In this document: piece after piece, positions 9,181-18,739 of the stretch | Layout of the letters: every line of letters starts with the position of its first letter | How positions within the stretch are numbered: the stretch's first letter is position 1 | Origin: Halapricum desulfuricans | GTDB taxonomy: Archaea > Halobacteriota > Halobacteria > Halobacteriales > Haloarculaceae | Assembly: GCF_017094525.1 (NCBI RefSeq) | Contig: NZ_CP064788.1 | Location: forward strand, 975,030 to 1,039,029 | Direction of reading: 5' to 3' | Length of the DNA: 64,000 nt | Translations under genes and position numbers: made by a program | Notes under the pieces: generated by a model | The model's input: the letters and a program-made list of their open reading frames with translations, nothing else | What the model was told of the DNA's origin: nothing | Databases searched by the model: none

Positions 9181-10288
9181 GACTGTCCGGGAGAACGACC
9201 CGGGTCAGCACTCCGGGCGTGACGAGACGGCAACATCGCGAGGTAGCGAGACAGTCCGAGAGCACCGCAAACAGACGACGCGACGCACCTACGTCGTCGC
9301 CGCGGGATCGACGCTCGTGCTCGTCGTCGTGTCGCTGCTCGCGATCGCTCTCGGATCTGTACACGTTCCGTTGCCCGACGTCCTCGCCGCGCTCGTCGGC
9401 GGCGGGAGTCAGACCCAGCGCACGATCGTCTGGAACGTTCGCTTGCCCCGGATCCTCGGTGCCGTCGTCGCCGGGGCGGGGCTAGCGGTCGCCGGCGCGG
9501 CGATGCAGACTGTCCTCCGGAATCCGCTCGGCGCGCCGTACACGCTGGGCATCTCGCAGGCGGCAGCGTTCGGCGCGGCCGTCACGGTCGTGTTCGGGTT
9601 TGGCACCGCGGCCTCGGAGTTCGCCTCGCTCGGGCCGTACGTGACGACCGTCGCGGCCTTCCTTGCGGCGATGGCCTCGACTGGACTGATCCTCCTGCTG
9701 GTGATATACCGACAGGCCACTCCGGAGACACTGATTCTCACGGGCGTCGCCGTGGGATCGCTGTTCACTGCCGGGATGACGCTGTTGCAGTACTTCGCCA
9801 GCGACACCGAGGTCGCGGCGATCGTCTACTGGACGTTCGGTGACGTCGGCCGCGCCGGCTGGCCCCACGTCGTCGTCATGGGCGTCGTCGTCGCGGTCGG
9901 ACTGGCGTACTTCCTGGCCAACGCCTGGAACTACGACGTCATGGACTCGGGGACGGCGACCGCGAAGAGCCTCGGCGTCCCCGTCGAGTCTCTGCGGATC
10001 AGGGGGATGGCCGTCGCGTCGTTCGTGACCGCGATCGTCATCTCGTTCGTGGGAATCATCGGCTTCGTCGGACTGGTCGCCCCCCACATCGTCCGGATGC
10101 TCGTCGGCGGGACCGAGCGCCACTTGTTGCCGATCACGGCCGTCGTCGGCGGTGCGCTGCTGGTCGCGGCCGACACGCTCGCGCGGACGGTCCTCGCGCC
10201 GGTCGTCCTGCCGGTCGGGATCCTCACGTCGTTTCTGGGCGCGCCGCTTTTCGTCTATCTCGTGATCAACGGGAGGGAGTACTGGTGA
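9161..10288 (+). CDS. ABC transporter permease, FecCD family
   Basis: Polytopic membrane protein with FecCD/BtuC-like glycine-rich helices. Overlaps the neighbouring genes. Confidence 0.8.
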   Translation: MISMSGETVRENDPGQHSGRDETATSRGSETVREHRKQTTRRTYVVAAGSTLVLVVVSLLAIALGSVHVPLPDVLAALVGGGSQTQRTIVWNVRLPRILGAVVAGAGLAVAGAAMQTVLRNPLGAPYTLGISQAAAFGAAVTVVFGFGTAASEFASLGPYVTTVAAFLAAMASTGLILLLVIYRQATPETLILTGVAVGSLFTAGMTLLQYFASDTEVAAIVYWTFGDVGRAGWPHVVVMGVVVAVGLAYFLANAWNYDVMDSGTATAKSLGVPVESLRIRGMAVASFVTAIVISFVGIIGFVGLVAPHIVRMLVGGTERHLLPITAVVGGALLVAADTLARTVLAPVVLPVGILTSFLGAPLFVYLVINGREYW

Positions 10289-11100
10289 CTCTCGAGATCC
10301 GGGATCTCGCGTTCGCGTACGGCGACGAACCGGTCCTCGACGGCATCGATCTGACCGCCCGTTCGGGGGAGTTGCTCGGGTTACTCGGACCCAACGGCTC
10401 GGGGAAATCGACGCTGTTGCAGACGCTCAACCGGATTCTCGAACCCGATGCGGGGAGCGTCCGGGTCGCGGGCGACCGCGTCTCGGAACTGGATCGCACG
10501 GCGCTCGCCCGCCGGATCGGCTACGTCCCGCAGGACGAACAGGGCGCGTTCCCGGCGACGGTCTTCGAGACGATCCTGCAGGGCCGGCGGCCCCACGGCG
10601 GCTGGTCACCGGGTCCGGACGACCGCGCGGCCGTCGAGGCGACGATCGAGCGACTCGGACTCGCCGAGTTCACGACCCGGAACGTCGCCGACCTCAGCGG
10701 TGGCCAGCGACAGAAGGTCCGGCTCGGGCGCGCGCTCGTCGGCGATCCGCCGGTGTTGCTGCTGGACGAACCGACCAGCGCGCTCGACCTGAAACACCAG
10801 CTCGACGTGATGGAACTGGTGGTCGGACACGTCCGCCAGCGAGGCGTCACCGGCGTCGTCGCCATCCACGATCTGAACCTCGCGGCGCGGTACTGCGACC
10901 GTGTCGCGTTGCTTTCCGACGGCGAAATATACGACGTCGGCGGCCCGAACGTGCTGACTCCGGAGACGATCCGCGATGTCTACGGCGTCGAGGCCACCGT
11001 CAAGGACCACCGCGGTCGGCGGCTGATCGTCACCGAGCGTCCCGTAGACGCGCTGCCCGCTGATGCGCGGACCCCGGTCGCGAGTGCCGACGACGACTGA
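10285..11100 (+). CDS. ABC transporter ATP-binding protein (FecE/BtuD-like)
   Basis: Walker A GPNGSGKST, ABC signature LSGGQRQ, Walker B LLLDEP. Confidence 0.9.
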   Translation: MTLEIRDLAFAYGDEPVLDGIDLTARSGELLGLLGPNGSGKSTLLQTLNRILEPDAGSVRVAGDRVSELDRTALARRIGYVPQDEQGAFPATVFETILQGRRPHGGWSPGPDDRAAVEATIERLGLAEFTTRNVADLSGGQRQKVRLGRALVGDPPVLLLDEPTSALDLKHQLDVMELVVGHVRQRGVTGVVAIHDLNLAARYCDRVALLSDGEIYDVGGPNVLTPETIRDVYGVEATVKDHRGRRLIVTERPVDALPADARTPVASADDD

Positions 11101-11523
11101 TCAACGTGCGACTCGGATCGGAACGGTGCGGAGCGACGATCCGGACGCGATGAACGACCACGATCGCTATCAGGCTGCAAATACGTACTAGCAACTATGA
11201 CACATTTATTATAAATGAATCCAAATCGACTGAGAACGTCTTTTTCCGGACTGTATTCTTTACTGTCGCTTCCGATATGCGGAGAAAATAGCCGATAACA
11301 TCACAGAGGCGAACCACTCTACGGGCGATCATATCTATCCCCAAATAATCGAGATTGTGCGGTTTTGTAGGGTTATATGCCGATATGATCCCGGAACAGT
11401 CTACTACAATCCGTTCAGAGAGCACCACGATACGAGGGGGATCGATCGACGCCATCTCCAAATTCTTACTGTTTACCCCGGACCACCAGTAAACATATGT
11501 ATTAGTAGTCGAATACAGGTTGT
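11101..11523. promoter_or_regulatory. AT-rich (about 45% GC) intergenic tract with TATA-like motifs upstream of the hydrogenase genes
   Basis: Sharp GC drop against the 65% GC surroundings. Multiple TTTATA/TTATAA motifs. Confidence 0.5.
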
Positions 11524-12747
11524 ATGGCGACGGCTCCACAGGGCAGGCGTCCCGTCAAACGGATACAACAGGAAACGAGGTACGACTTCCTTTCGCTGGC
11601 GGTCGATCGGGAGCCGGGAGACGTGGTTTCGGAGTTCTCGGCAGAGATCGACGCGGCGCTGGAGCGTGCCATCGAGGACGACCTCGAGGTCGCGTGGCTT
11701 CAGGGGCAGAGCTGTACCGGTTGTACGATCTCGCTGCTCCAGGGGGAGTATCCGGGAGACACGTTCCAGCTGGAGCGGTTCAGAGAGTCGATCGGGTTCC
11801 ACCCGACGCTGATGACCGACGCCGGGGACAGGGCGCTGGAGTCGATCGAGACCGCTCCGGACGTGCTGGTCATCGAAGGTTCGATCCCGGTCGAGGTCCC
11901 GCGCTCGGCGACGCTCGGGGTCGATCGGTTCGGGAACCGTCGGCCGATCGTCGACTGGGTGATGGAACTCGCGGAGCGTGCCGAGGTGGTCGTTGCCGTC
12001 GGGAGCTGTGCGGCGTACGGCGGGCTTCCGGCTGCCGGCAAGCGCGATCCGGAGGCAGCACGGCCCAGTCCGACCGGTGCGTCGGGCGTCCAGTTCGACG
12101 GTATCGACCCGGGTGGCGTGGTCGGTCCGGCGTTCACCACCGGCGCCGACCTCCCGGTGATCAACGTTCCGGGCTGTCCGGTCCATCCGGACCACATCCT
12201 GCTGACGCTCGCGACCGTTCTCAACGGCCACACGCCAACTCTCGACGAATTCAATCGGCCGCTGCCGCTTTTCACGCCGCTTATTCACGATGATTGCGCC
12301 CGTCGCCCGGACTACGAGGCGAAGAACTTCGCGTCGGAACCCGGCGAGGATGGATGTCTCTACGAGGTCGGCTGTGCCGGCGTCCACGCCCACTGTGACG
12401 ATTCCAAGCGACTCCGGAACGGCGAGACGACGATCTGTCGTGACGTCGGTGCGCCCTGTATCGGCTGTGTCGAGCCGGCGTTCTGGGACCGATTCACGCC
12501 GTTCTATGAGACCCGTGAGACGAGAGAGGAGGTCGACGAGCCCGAGCCGATCGACGAGTCCGAGCCGCTGATCCCGAGACCGGGGAACAGCCTCGCCGGG
12601 TTGTTGATCGCGATCCCGGTCTGTCTCCTGCTGGTGCCGTTGCTGCCGGTCTTCGGGGCGGTGTGGCTGCTCGACCGCTGGGTCGGTCCGGACGGGCCGA
12701 TCGCCTGGCGTGACGATCCACGAAACCGAACGGTCGGTGATCGCTGA
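11524..12747 (+). CDS. [NiFe] hydrogenase small subunit, membrane-anchored (C-terminal TM helix)
   Basis: Proximal cluster motifs LQGQSCTGCTISLL and GSCAAYGG, plus VPGCPVHPD. Distal-cluster Cys run and a C-terminal hydrophobic anchor. Confidence 0.85.
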   Translation: MATAPQGRRPVKRIQQETRYDFLSLAVDREPGDVVSEFSAEIDAALERAIEDDLEVAWLQGQSCTGCTISLLQGEYPGDTFQLERFRESIGFHPTLMTDAGDRALESIETAPDVLVIEGSIPVEVPRSATLGVDRFGNRRPIVDWVMELAERAEVVVAVGSCAAYGGLPAAGKRDPEAARPSPTGASGVQFDGIDPGGVVGPAFTTGADLPVINVPGCPVHPDHILLTLATVLNGHTPTLDEFNRPLPLFTPLIHDDCARRPDYEAKNFASEPGEDGCLYEVGCAGVHAHCDDSKRLRNGETTICRDVGAPCIGCVEPAFWDRFTPFYETRETREEVDEPEPIDESEPLIPRPGNSLAGLLIAIPVCLLLVPLLPVFGAVWLLDRWVGPDGPIAWRDDPRNRTVGDR

Positions 12748-14276
12748 TGCCGGAGATCGAGATCAACCCGACCACGCGGATCGAAGGCCACCACAGCACG
12801 ACGATCGACGTGCAGGACGGACAGATCGCGTCGGCCAAAAGCCACATGGAGATGTTCCGGGGCATCGAGAACATCACCGTCGGACGACCGCCCTCTGACG
12901 TCCCGCAGATCACGCAGATGGTCTGTGGGGTCTGTTTCACCTCCCACCGGAAGGCCGCGACGCTCGCGCTCGAGGACGCGGCCGCCCGCGCGGGCGTCTT
13001 CAGCGGCGTCCCGTACAACGCGCGAGTCCTTCAGAACGTCATGGAGGGGATGTTCCTGCTCTGGAACCACGCGATCCACCTGTTCACGCTGGCCGGGCCC
13101 GACTACAGCGACGCCGTCGCGGACACTGGCTACGAGCGACTCGATCCCAACGGCGGGGCCGGCTACGAGAGCGCGCTGTCCAACCAGCGGACGCTGCTAC
13201 AGGCGTTCACAGAGTTCGGCGGCCGGGCGCCGCACCCCCTGACGTACGCGCCGGGTGGCGTCGTCGCCCAACCGGACGCGGAGACGATGGAACGGGTCCG
13301 CGAGCGCGTCGAATCGGTCGACGAGTGGATCGGCCCGACCGACGCAGTCCCGGAAGTGCTGGAGGCGGTCCGCGACCGGCGGGGGCCGCCGAGCGGCGCG
13401 AGTGGACTGTACGACGTGCTGAGCGTGATCGTCGCTGCCGCCAGGGAAGACGCCGACGAGTTCGGGGTCGGGCCCGGGCGCTTCTACGCCAACGGGATGT
13501 TTTACGACGAAGGGGGCGGTCTCGTGTTCCCGGGCGGCGTCGTCTCGGACGGGTCGCTGCGTGATCCGAGTCGGACGGAGCTGCTCACGAGCATCACCGA
13601 AGACACGAGCCACGCATGGTACACCGAGTCGTCCGGAGGCCATCCACAGCGCGCCCCGCCCCCGGAGCCGGCACCGGACAAGGAGGGGGCGTACTCCTGG
13701 GGGAAAGCGCCGCGGTTCGACGGCAGGGCGGTCGAGACGGGACCGCTCGCGAGGCTGATCGCCGCCGACGAGGACCCGTTCGCCCTCCGGTCGCGACTCG
13801 GCGACGATCCCCGGCAGAGCAGCACGCTGAATCGTCTGATCGCCCGGGTACAGGAGTTCTTGCTCGTCAGGGACATGCTCGGGGAGTGGCTCGACGCGGT
13901 GGACGTCGACGGACCGCTACGGGCCGAGTGGACCGACGACTTCACGGGCGAAGGAGCGGGACTCTGGGGCGCTTCGCGCGGTGCTCTCTCCCACTGGGTT
14001 CGGGTCGAGGACGGTGAGATCGCCAACTACCAGATCATCTCGCCGACGCTGTGGAACCTCGGCCCCCGGGACGAAGCTGGCAACCCGAGCATCCTCGAGT
14101 ACGCACTGGAGGGGATGGCCGTCGAGGATCCCCGCGATCCGGTGAACGTGATGCGGACGATCCGGTCGTTCGATCCCTGTCTCGGCTGTGCCGTCCACGT
14201 TCAGGCCGGCGGCGGCGAACGGTTCGTTGGCGATCTGGAGCCACCACGTCCGGGAACCGGTGCGATCGACGGGTAG
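12747..14276 (+). CDS. [NiFe] hydrogenase large subunit
   Basis: N-terminal RIEGH and RxCGxC (QMVCGVCFTSH). C-terminal DPCLGCAVH Ni-binding motif. Confidence 0.9.
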   Translation: MPEIEINPTTRIEGHHSTTIDVQDGQIASAKSHMEMFRGIENITVGRPPSDVPQITQMVCGVCFTSHRKAATLALEDAAARAGVFSGVPYNARVLQNVMEGMFLLWNHAIHLFTLAGPDYSDAVADTGYERLDPNGGAGYESALSNQRTLLQAFTEFGGRAPHPLTYAPGGVVAQPDAETMERVRERVESVDEWIGPTDAVPEVLEAVRDRRGPPSGASGLYDVLSVIVAAAREDADEFGVGPGRFYANGMFYDEGGGLVFPGGVVSDGSLRDPSRTELLTSITEDTSHAWYTESSGGHPQRAPPPEPAPDKEGAYSWGKAPRFDGRAVETGPLARLIAADEDPFALRSRLGDDPRQSSTLNRLIARVQEFLLVRDMLGEWLDAVDVDGPLRAEWTDDFTGEGAGLWGASRGALSHWVRVEDGEIANYQIISPTLWNLGPRDEAGNPSILEYALEGMAVEDPRDPVNVMRTIRSFDPCLGCAVHVQAGGGERFVGDLEPPRPGTGAIDG

Positions 14277-14297
14277 GGATCTCCCGGCGACGAACGG

Positions 14298-15581
14298 TCA
14301 CACGTCACGGTCCGAGAGCGCCAGCACCGCCCCTGCCAGTACGTCAACGGCGATTTCGATCGACGCCTCGTCGACGTCGAAGGTACTCGTGTGATGGCCG
14401 CCCGGGTGATCGGTTCCGACGCCGACGTAGGTGGCATCGCCGCCGCTGTCCTGAACATGCCGCATCAGGTAGGTCGCGTCCTCGCTCCCGCCGAGTTCGT
14501 CGCGCTCGGTGACCGCGGTCACTCCCGGGCTCTCGCGCGCGACCTCGGCCACGACCGCGACCAGTTCGTCGTCGCTCTCGGCGCTCGGGGCCTGCCCGCG
14601 CGTCTCGACGGCCACGTCGCACTCGTGCATCTCCGCCGCGCTCGCCAGCACGCGCTCGGCGCGCTCGTAAGTGTAGTCGGCGAGTGCCGTCGTCTCGCCC
14701 CGGACCTCGCCCTCGACGAACGACTCGTCGGGGACGATGTTCGTCGCGGTGCCGCCGCCGACGATACCGGCGTTGACCCGGGTCGCCCCGTCGGTGTGTC
14801 GCGGGATGGCATACAGGTTCTGTACAGCGGTCGCGAGTGCCTGTACCGCGTTCGCCCCCTGCTCGGGGTGGGCTCCCGCGTGAGACGATTCTCCGGTGAA
14901 TTCCGCGAGGAACTGCCGGACGGCGAGGAAGCCGTCGATTCCGGCGACCACCTCGCCGGTCGGGTGGTCCAGTCCGACGTGGACTGCGAGCAGATACTCG
15001 ACGTCGTCGAGGTGACCCGACTCGGCCATCGGCTTCCCGCCGGCGATACGTTCTTCCCCCGGCTGGAAGAACACCTTTAGCGTCCCGGCGAAGTCCGACG
15101 CGAGCACCGCGTCGATCACGCCCACCCCGAACGTTGCGTGGGCGTCGTGACCACAGGCGTGCATGTAGCCGTCGTGTTTCGAACGGAACCCCTCGGCTGC
15201 GGGGTAGTGGTGTTCCGCGTCCGACTCCGTGATCGGGAGCGCGTCGATGTCGACCCGGAGTCCGACGGTCGGCCCCTCACCGCGTTCGATCACGGCGATC
15301 GCGCCGGTGTACCCGCCTTCCATCGGCTCCAGCAGCTCGGGATCCACACCGGCCGAGAGCGCCCGGTCGTACCACTCGGCGATCCCCTCCTCGTCGGGAA
15401 CGTTCATCCGGGCAGCCTCCTCGAGCACCGCCGGCCCGTAGTGGATCTCGTCGACGTCGCGTGCTCGCAACGCCTCGACGATCCGGGCAGTGGTGTAGAA
15501 CTCCCGCCAGGCGGGCTCTGGGTGTTGGTGGAGATCGCGTCTGAGGGCGATCAGGCCCTCGACCGTGTGTGTAGATACCAT
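14298..15581 (-). CDS. M20 family amidohydrolase / peptidase (M20D aminoacylase-hippuricase-like)
   Basis: Metal-binding motifs HACGHDAHA and GEE...GG. About 427 aa from MVSTHT. Confidence 0.75.
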   Translation of the reverse strand: MVSTHTVEGLIALRRDLHQHPEPAWREFYTTARIVEALRARDVDEIHYGPAVLEEAARMNVPDEEGIAEWYDRALSAGVDPELLEPMEGGYTGAIAVIERGEGPTVGLRVDIDALPITESDAEHHYPAAEGFRSKHDGYMHACGHDAHATFGVGVIDAVLASDFAGTLKVFFQPGEERIAGGKPMAESGHLDDVEYLLAVHVGLDHPTGEVVAGIDGFLAVRQFLAEFTGESSHAGAHPEQGANAVQALATAVQNLYAIPRHTDGATRVNAGIVGGGTATNIVPDESFVEGEVRGETTALADYTYERAERVLASAAEMHECDVAVETRGQAPSAESDDELVAVVAEVARESPGVTAVTERDELGGSEDATYLMRHVQDSGGDATYVGVGTDHPGGHHTSTFDVDEASIEIAVDVLAGAVLALSDRDV

Positions 15582-15649
15582 GTCGGTGCCACGGGATCGG
15601 TCGGCATAAACACCTGTGACGAGCAGCGACACGCCGAGGCGTTGCGATC

Positions 15650-16145
15650 CGACAGACCGGTGCGGTCGCTCGCGGGTTCGAGCGGCTGCGGGGAGTAAGC
15701 CCCCTTCTGTTCGGCCCGGCATTCGGCTGAGCGTCCGCGCCGCGTCCGGGCTACCTTGTGGCGCGGACTTGCACCGGTGAGGATTCGCCGTTCCATCCGT
15801 TCTCTGCTGTCGGCCTTCGGCGGGTCAACTTCCCGTTCCTTTCTCGGCAGGATACTCTGCCGGGCTTTCGTCCGACAGTCGACCCGACCTTCGTCAGTCA
15901 GGGTTCGCACGCTTCATCAGTCGAGCAGAGCGGTCTCGTTTCTGTTCCAGAGCCAGCGGTCTCCCGCTCCGGGTTTGCACCCGGTCACCTGCCCGGACGG
16001 TGGGGGGACTTTCCTCATGCCCCTTGCACGTGTTCCGGCGAGGCCTGAACAGTGATCCGGGGCACGGGGTCCGGGCTCCCGCTGCCATCTGACGTAGTCG
16101 GTCGTCCGGATTAACACTGTCGGCTGCCGTCGAGCGGTCGCGTGT
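15650..16145 (-). ncRNA. rnpB: RNase P RNA candidate
   Basis: No ORF over 430+ nt. The minus-strand transcript carries CR-I-like GAGGAAAGUCCCCCC and CR-V-like ACAGAAGGGGGCUUAC, with complementary C5/G5 for P4. An internal GGAACAGAAACGAG resembles CR-II/III. Many GC-rich hairpins. The ends are approximate. Confidence 0.6.
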
Positions 16146-16196
16146 TGGCCGGAACAAAAACGTGGGTTTAACAGTCCGGGTCACGACGGTCCGGGT

Positions 16197-16598
16197 ATGC
16201 AGGGTAATCTGCCGCCGGAAGCACAGGAGAAACTCGAGGAACTGCAGGATCTGCAGGAGACGGCCCAGCAGGTCGCCACGCAGAAACAGCAGGCCGAGAC
16301 CCAGCTCTCGGAGGCCGAGAGCGCGCTCGACGCGCTCGAGGACATCGACGAGGACACGGGCATGTACCGTCAGGTCGGCGAACTGCTCGTCGAGAGCGAC
16401 TACGACGAGGCCTACGACGACCTCGACGAGAAGGTCGACAACCTCGAAGTACGCGTCGAGACCCTCGAGAAACAGGAAGAGCGCGTCCAGGAACAGTTCG
16501 AGGAACTCCAGCAGGAGCTCCAGCAAATGCTCGGCGGCGGCGGCGGTGGCGGCGGTGCCGGCGGCCCGAGCCCCGACGTCGGCCCCGGCGGCGACTGA
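16197..16598 (+). CDS. pfdB: prefoldin subunit beta
   Basis: 133 aa coiled-coil with a beta-hairpin. Sequence is typical of archaeal PfdB, with a Gly-rich tail. Confidence 0.85.
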   Translation: MQGNLPPEAQEKLEELQDLQETAQQVATQKQQAETQLSEAESALDALEDIDEDTGMYRQVGELLVESDYDEAYDDLDEKVDNLEVRVETLEKQEERVQEQFEELQQELQQMLGGGGGGGGAGGPSPDVGPGGD

Positions 16599-16602
16599 GG
16601 CC

Positions 16603-16836
16603 ATGGTCGAAGACCGCGAGGTCGTCCGGACGGCCGCCGATGCGGCCGAGAACGTTATCTTTTCGCGTTGTGACCGCTCGGCAGTCGACGACCTCGACAT
16701 CACCGTGACCTTCGAGGAAGGCGTGCTCGAAGTCGACGTCTATCTCGACGTCGCGGACGACCGGATCGACGACCAGCAACTCGCCGACGACGCCGCACTG
16801 GCCGCGCGAGCCGCCGTCGACGAGCTGTTTGCCTAG
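16603..16836 (+). CDS. small conserved protein (DUF3194-like), commonly downstream of pfdB
   Basis: 77-aa acidic ORF, ATG at 16603, immediately after pfdB. Not in the ORF track as a separate frame. Confidence 0.5.
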   Translation: MVEDREVVRTAADAAENVIFSRCDRSAVDDLDITVTFEEGVLEVDVYLDVADDRIDDQQLADDAALAARAAVDELFA

Positions 16837-17051
16837 GCCTCGCCCTCGTCGCGGACGAACCCCGTCCGGAAGGCGATCCAGGCCAGCACACTGATGAACA
16901 GGATGGGCGGCAAGATCAGAAACGCCCACAGCGGTTTCAGTCCCCACCCGAGCAACAGGACCAGGTTCCCGAGTCCCAACAAGAGAAAGGGCAACACCGC
17001 CAGCGTCGCCTGCTTGCGGTCGAGTTCGACCTCTACGCTGGAGGCGCTCAT
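16833..17051 (-). CDS. small membrane protein (two TM helices)
   Basis: 72 aa with two hydrophobic helices. Confidence 0.4.
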   Translation of the reverse strand: MSASSVEVELDRKQATLAVLPFLLLGLGNLVLLLGWGLKPLWAFLILPPILFISVLAWIAFRTGFVRDEGEA

Positions 17052-17149
17052 GGCCGCGTGTACGCGAGTCCGATAGAAAAGAACGGCGTTACCGGCGATT
17101 TCCAGGGGGAGGGCCGAGCGCAGGGGGTCTACTCGTCGGGGCCGGGAGT

Positions 17150-17569
17150 TCAGCTCTCGACCGTGTCGTCCGCGTCAGTCTGCTCGTCGCTATCGCCGTC
17201 GTCCGGCGTGATCTCGGCGATCGACGAGCCGAGGTCACCCTCCAGCTCGCCGTCGAGGAACTGGTTGATCGTCTCGTGGATCTCGGTCACGAAGTCGGGG
17301 ACCTGCTCGGGCATATCGGTCGGCGGGCCGCGGTCGTGGTCGGCGTTCGGACCGCGGTCGTCACTCGCGTGCGGGCCACGGTCGGCGGGCGGGCCACGCT
17401 CGGACTCGACCTCAGCCGTCGTCTCGTTGGCGTCGTCCGCGTCGGGCGTCGCGTTCGGCTGGTCAGTCGTCGGTCCGTCCGTGGGGGCGTTGCCAGGCAG
17501 GGCCGCCGCCGTACCGCCGGCGACGAGCACCACTGCGAGGGCAATGCCTGCGATCTTTGTGAGATTCAT
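17150..17569 (-). CDS. secreted acidic hypothetical protein
   Basis: Signal peptide MNLTKIAGIALAVVLVAGGTAAA, then a low-complexity acidic region. Confidence 0.5.
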   Translation of the reverse strand: MNLTKIAGIALAVVLVAGGTAAALPGNAPTDGPTTDQPNATPDADDANETTAEVESERGPPADRGPHASDDRGPNADHDRGPPTDMPEQVPDFVTEIHETINQFLDGELEGDLGSSIAEITPDDGDSDEQTDADDTVES

Positions 17570-17801
17570 GTTCGTTGCCTCCGGTCGGACCTATGTCGAG
17601 AGAGCCACTTCAACCGGGAACTCGCCGAAGCCGGTTCAGGGTCGATCGATCCGAATTGCGGCGACTTGATCGGTCAAACCGGCTTAATCGACGACAAATT
17701 TATATCGGATGATCGAATTCGGGCCACGTCCCGCCGGTAGCACGACCGGTCTTCGATGGCGCGCCCGAGTACTTTTGACAGTTCGCACCAAACGTCGAGA
17801 C

Positions 17802-18344
17802 ATGGAACACGAGGCGACAGTCGAGGGGATCGGCGTCGGGGTCGGGGAGGAAGGAGCCGGCGCGCCCGTCGTCCTGTTGCGAGCCGGCGGGCAGTACGTG
17901 CCGATCTTCGTCAGCGCCGATCAGGCCCAGTCGATGCAGCTGGCGATCGACGAGGAGCCCTTCGAGCGGCCGCTGACACACGACCTGCTGATCGAGATGC
18001 TCTCGGAGTTCGGTGGGGCGATCGATCGCGTCAGGATCGACGACCTGGCGGACGGCACCTTCTACGCGAAGATCGACGCCGAGCAGTACAACGAGGGGTC
18101 ACGCAAGGACGCCGTCTTCGACGCGCGGCCGAGCGACGGGATCGCGATTGCACTGCGGGTCGACTGTCCGATCGTCGTCGACGACGGGGTCGTCGAGGCG
18201 GCCGGTCGACCGCCGGAGGCCTTCGAGGTCGACGACGAAGCCGGGGAGTTCGGCGGCGAGGAACTCGACGAGATCGGCGATTTCGAGGAGGAAGACGACG
18301 AGTTCGGCGGGTTCGGCGACGACCCTGACGAGTTCGGGCGCTGA
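17802..18344 (+). CDS. bifunctional nuclease (DUF151/BFN) family protein
   Basis: PVVLLRAGGQYVPIFVSADQAQSMQLAI...PLTHDLL is the DUF151 core. Acidic C-terminal tail. Confidence 0.7.
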   Translation: MEHEATVEGIGVGVGEEGAGAPVVLLRAGGQYVPIFVSADQAQSMQLAIDEEPFERPLTHDLLIEMLSEFGGAIDRVRIDDLADGTFYAKIDAEQYNEGSRKDAVFDARPSDGIAIALRVDCPIVVDDGVVEAAGRPPEAFEVDDEAGEFGGEELDEIGDFEEEDDEFGGFGDDPDEFGR

Positions 18345-18367
18345 CGATCGCGTGAGGACAGTAGAGC

Positions 18368-18739
18368 ATGACCACGTATCTCCTCGCGAGCGCGTCCGTC
18401 CACACGACTGCAACGGTCTGTGACTACCTCGTCGATCGACTCGCCGACGACGACACGGTGATGGTACTCGGCGTGGTCGAACCGGGGGCCCCACAGCGGG
18501 ACGTCGGTGACGCGATCAACGTCGCCCGCGCACGCCTCGCCGCGGCGACGGTCTGGACCGAACGACGCGAGGGCGAGCCGGTCGAGGAGATCCTCGAGCT
18601 AGCGGCCGACATCGACGCCGACGAGCTCCTCGTCGGTCGGCGGAGCGGCGATCCCGAACGCCAGAGCGCGGGTCTCGGGAGCACCGCGGCGGCCGTCGCT
18701 GGCGAAGCCGAACGGCCGGTCGTGGTCGTGCCGGTGTGA
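18368..18739 (+). CDS. universal stress protein (UspA family)
   Basis: 123 aa. The C-terminal G-x2-G-x9-G(S/T) ATP-binding-like motif GLGSTAAAVAGEAERPVVVV. Confidence 0.7.
   Translation: MTTYLLASASVHTTATVCDYLVDRLADDDTVMVLGVVEPGAPQRDVGDAINVARARLAAATVWTERREGEPVEEILELAADIDADELLVGRRSGDPERQSAGLGSTAAAVAGEAERPVVVVPV

Noticed and set aside
11473-12393. 306-aa minus-strand ORF over the hydrogenase small-subunit gene
   Set aside because: Antisense to a gene with unambiguous [NiFe] hydrogenase motifs. Spurious.
16162-16836. 224-aa plus-strand ORF overlapping pfdB in another frame
   Set aside because: Arg/Ser/Thr low-complexity translation. The pfdB frame and the downstream 77-aa frame have recognisable prefoldin and DUF3194 character.
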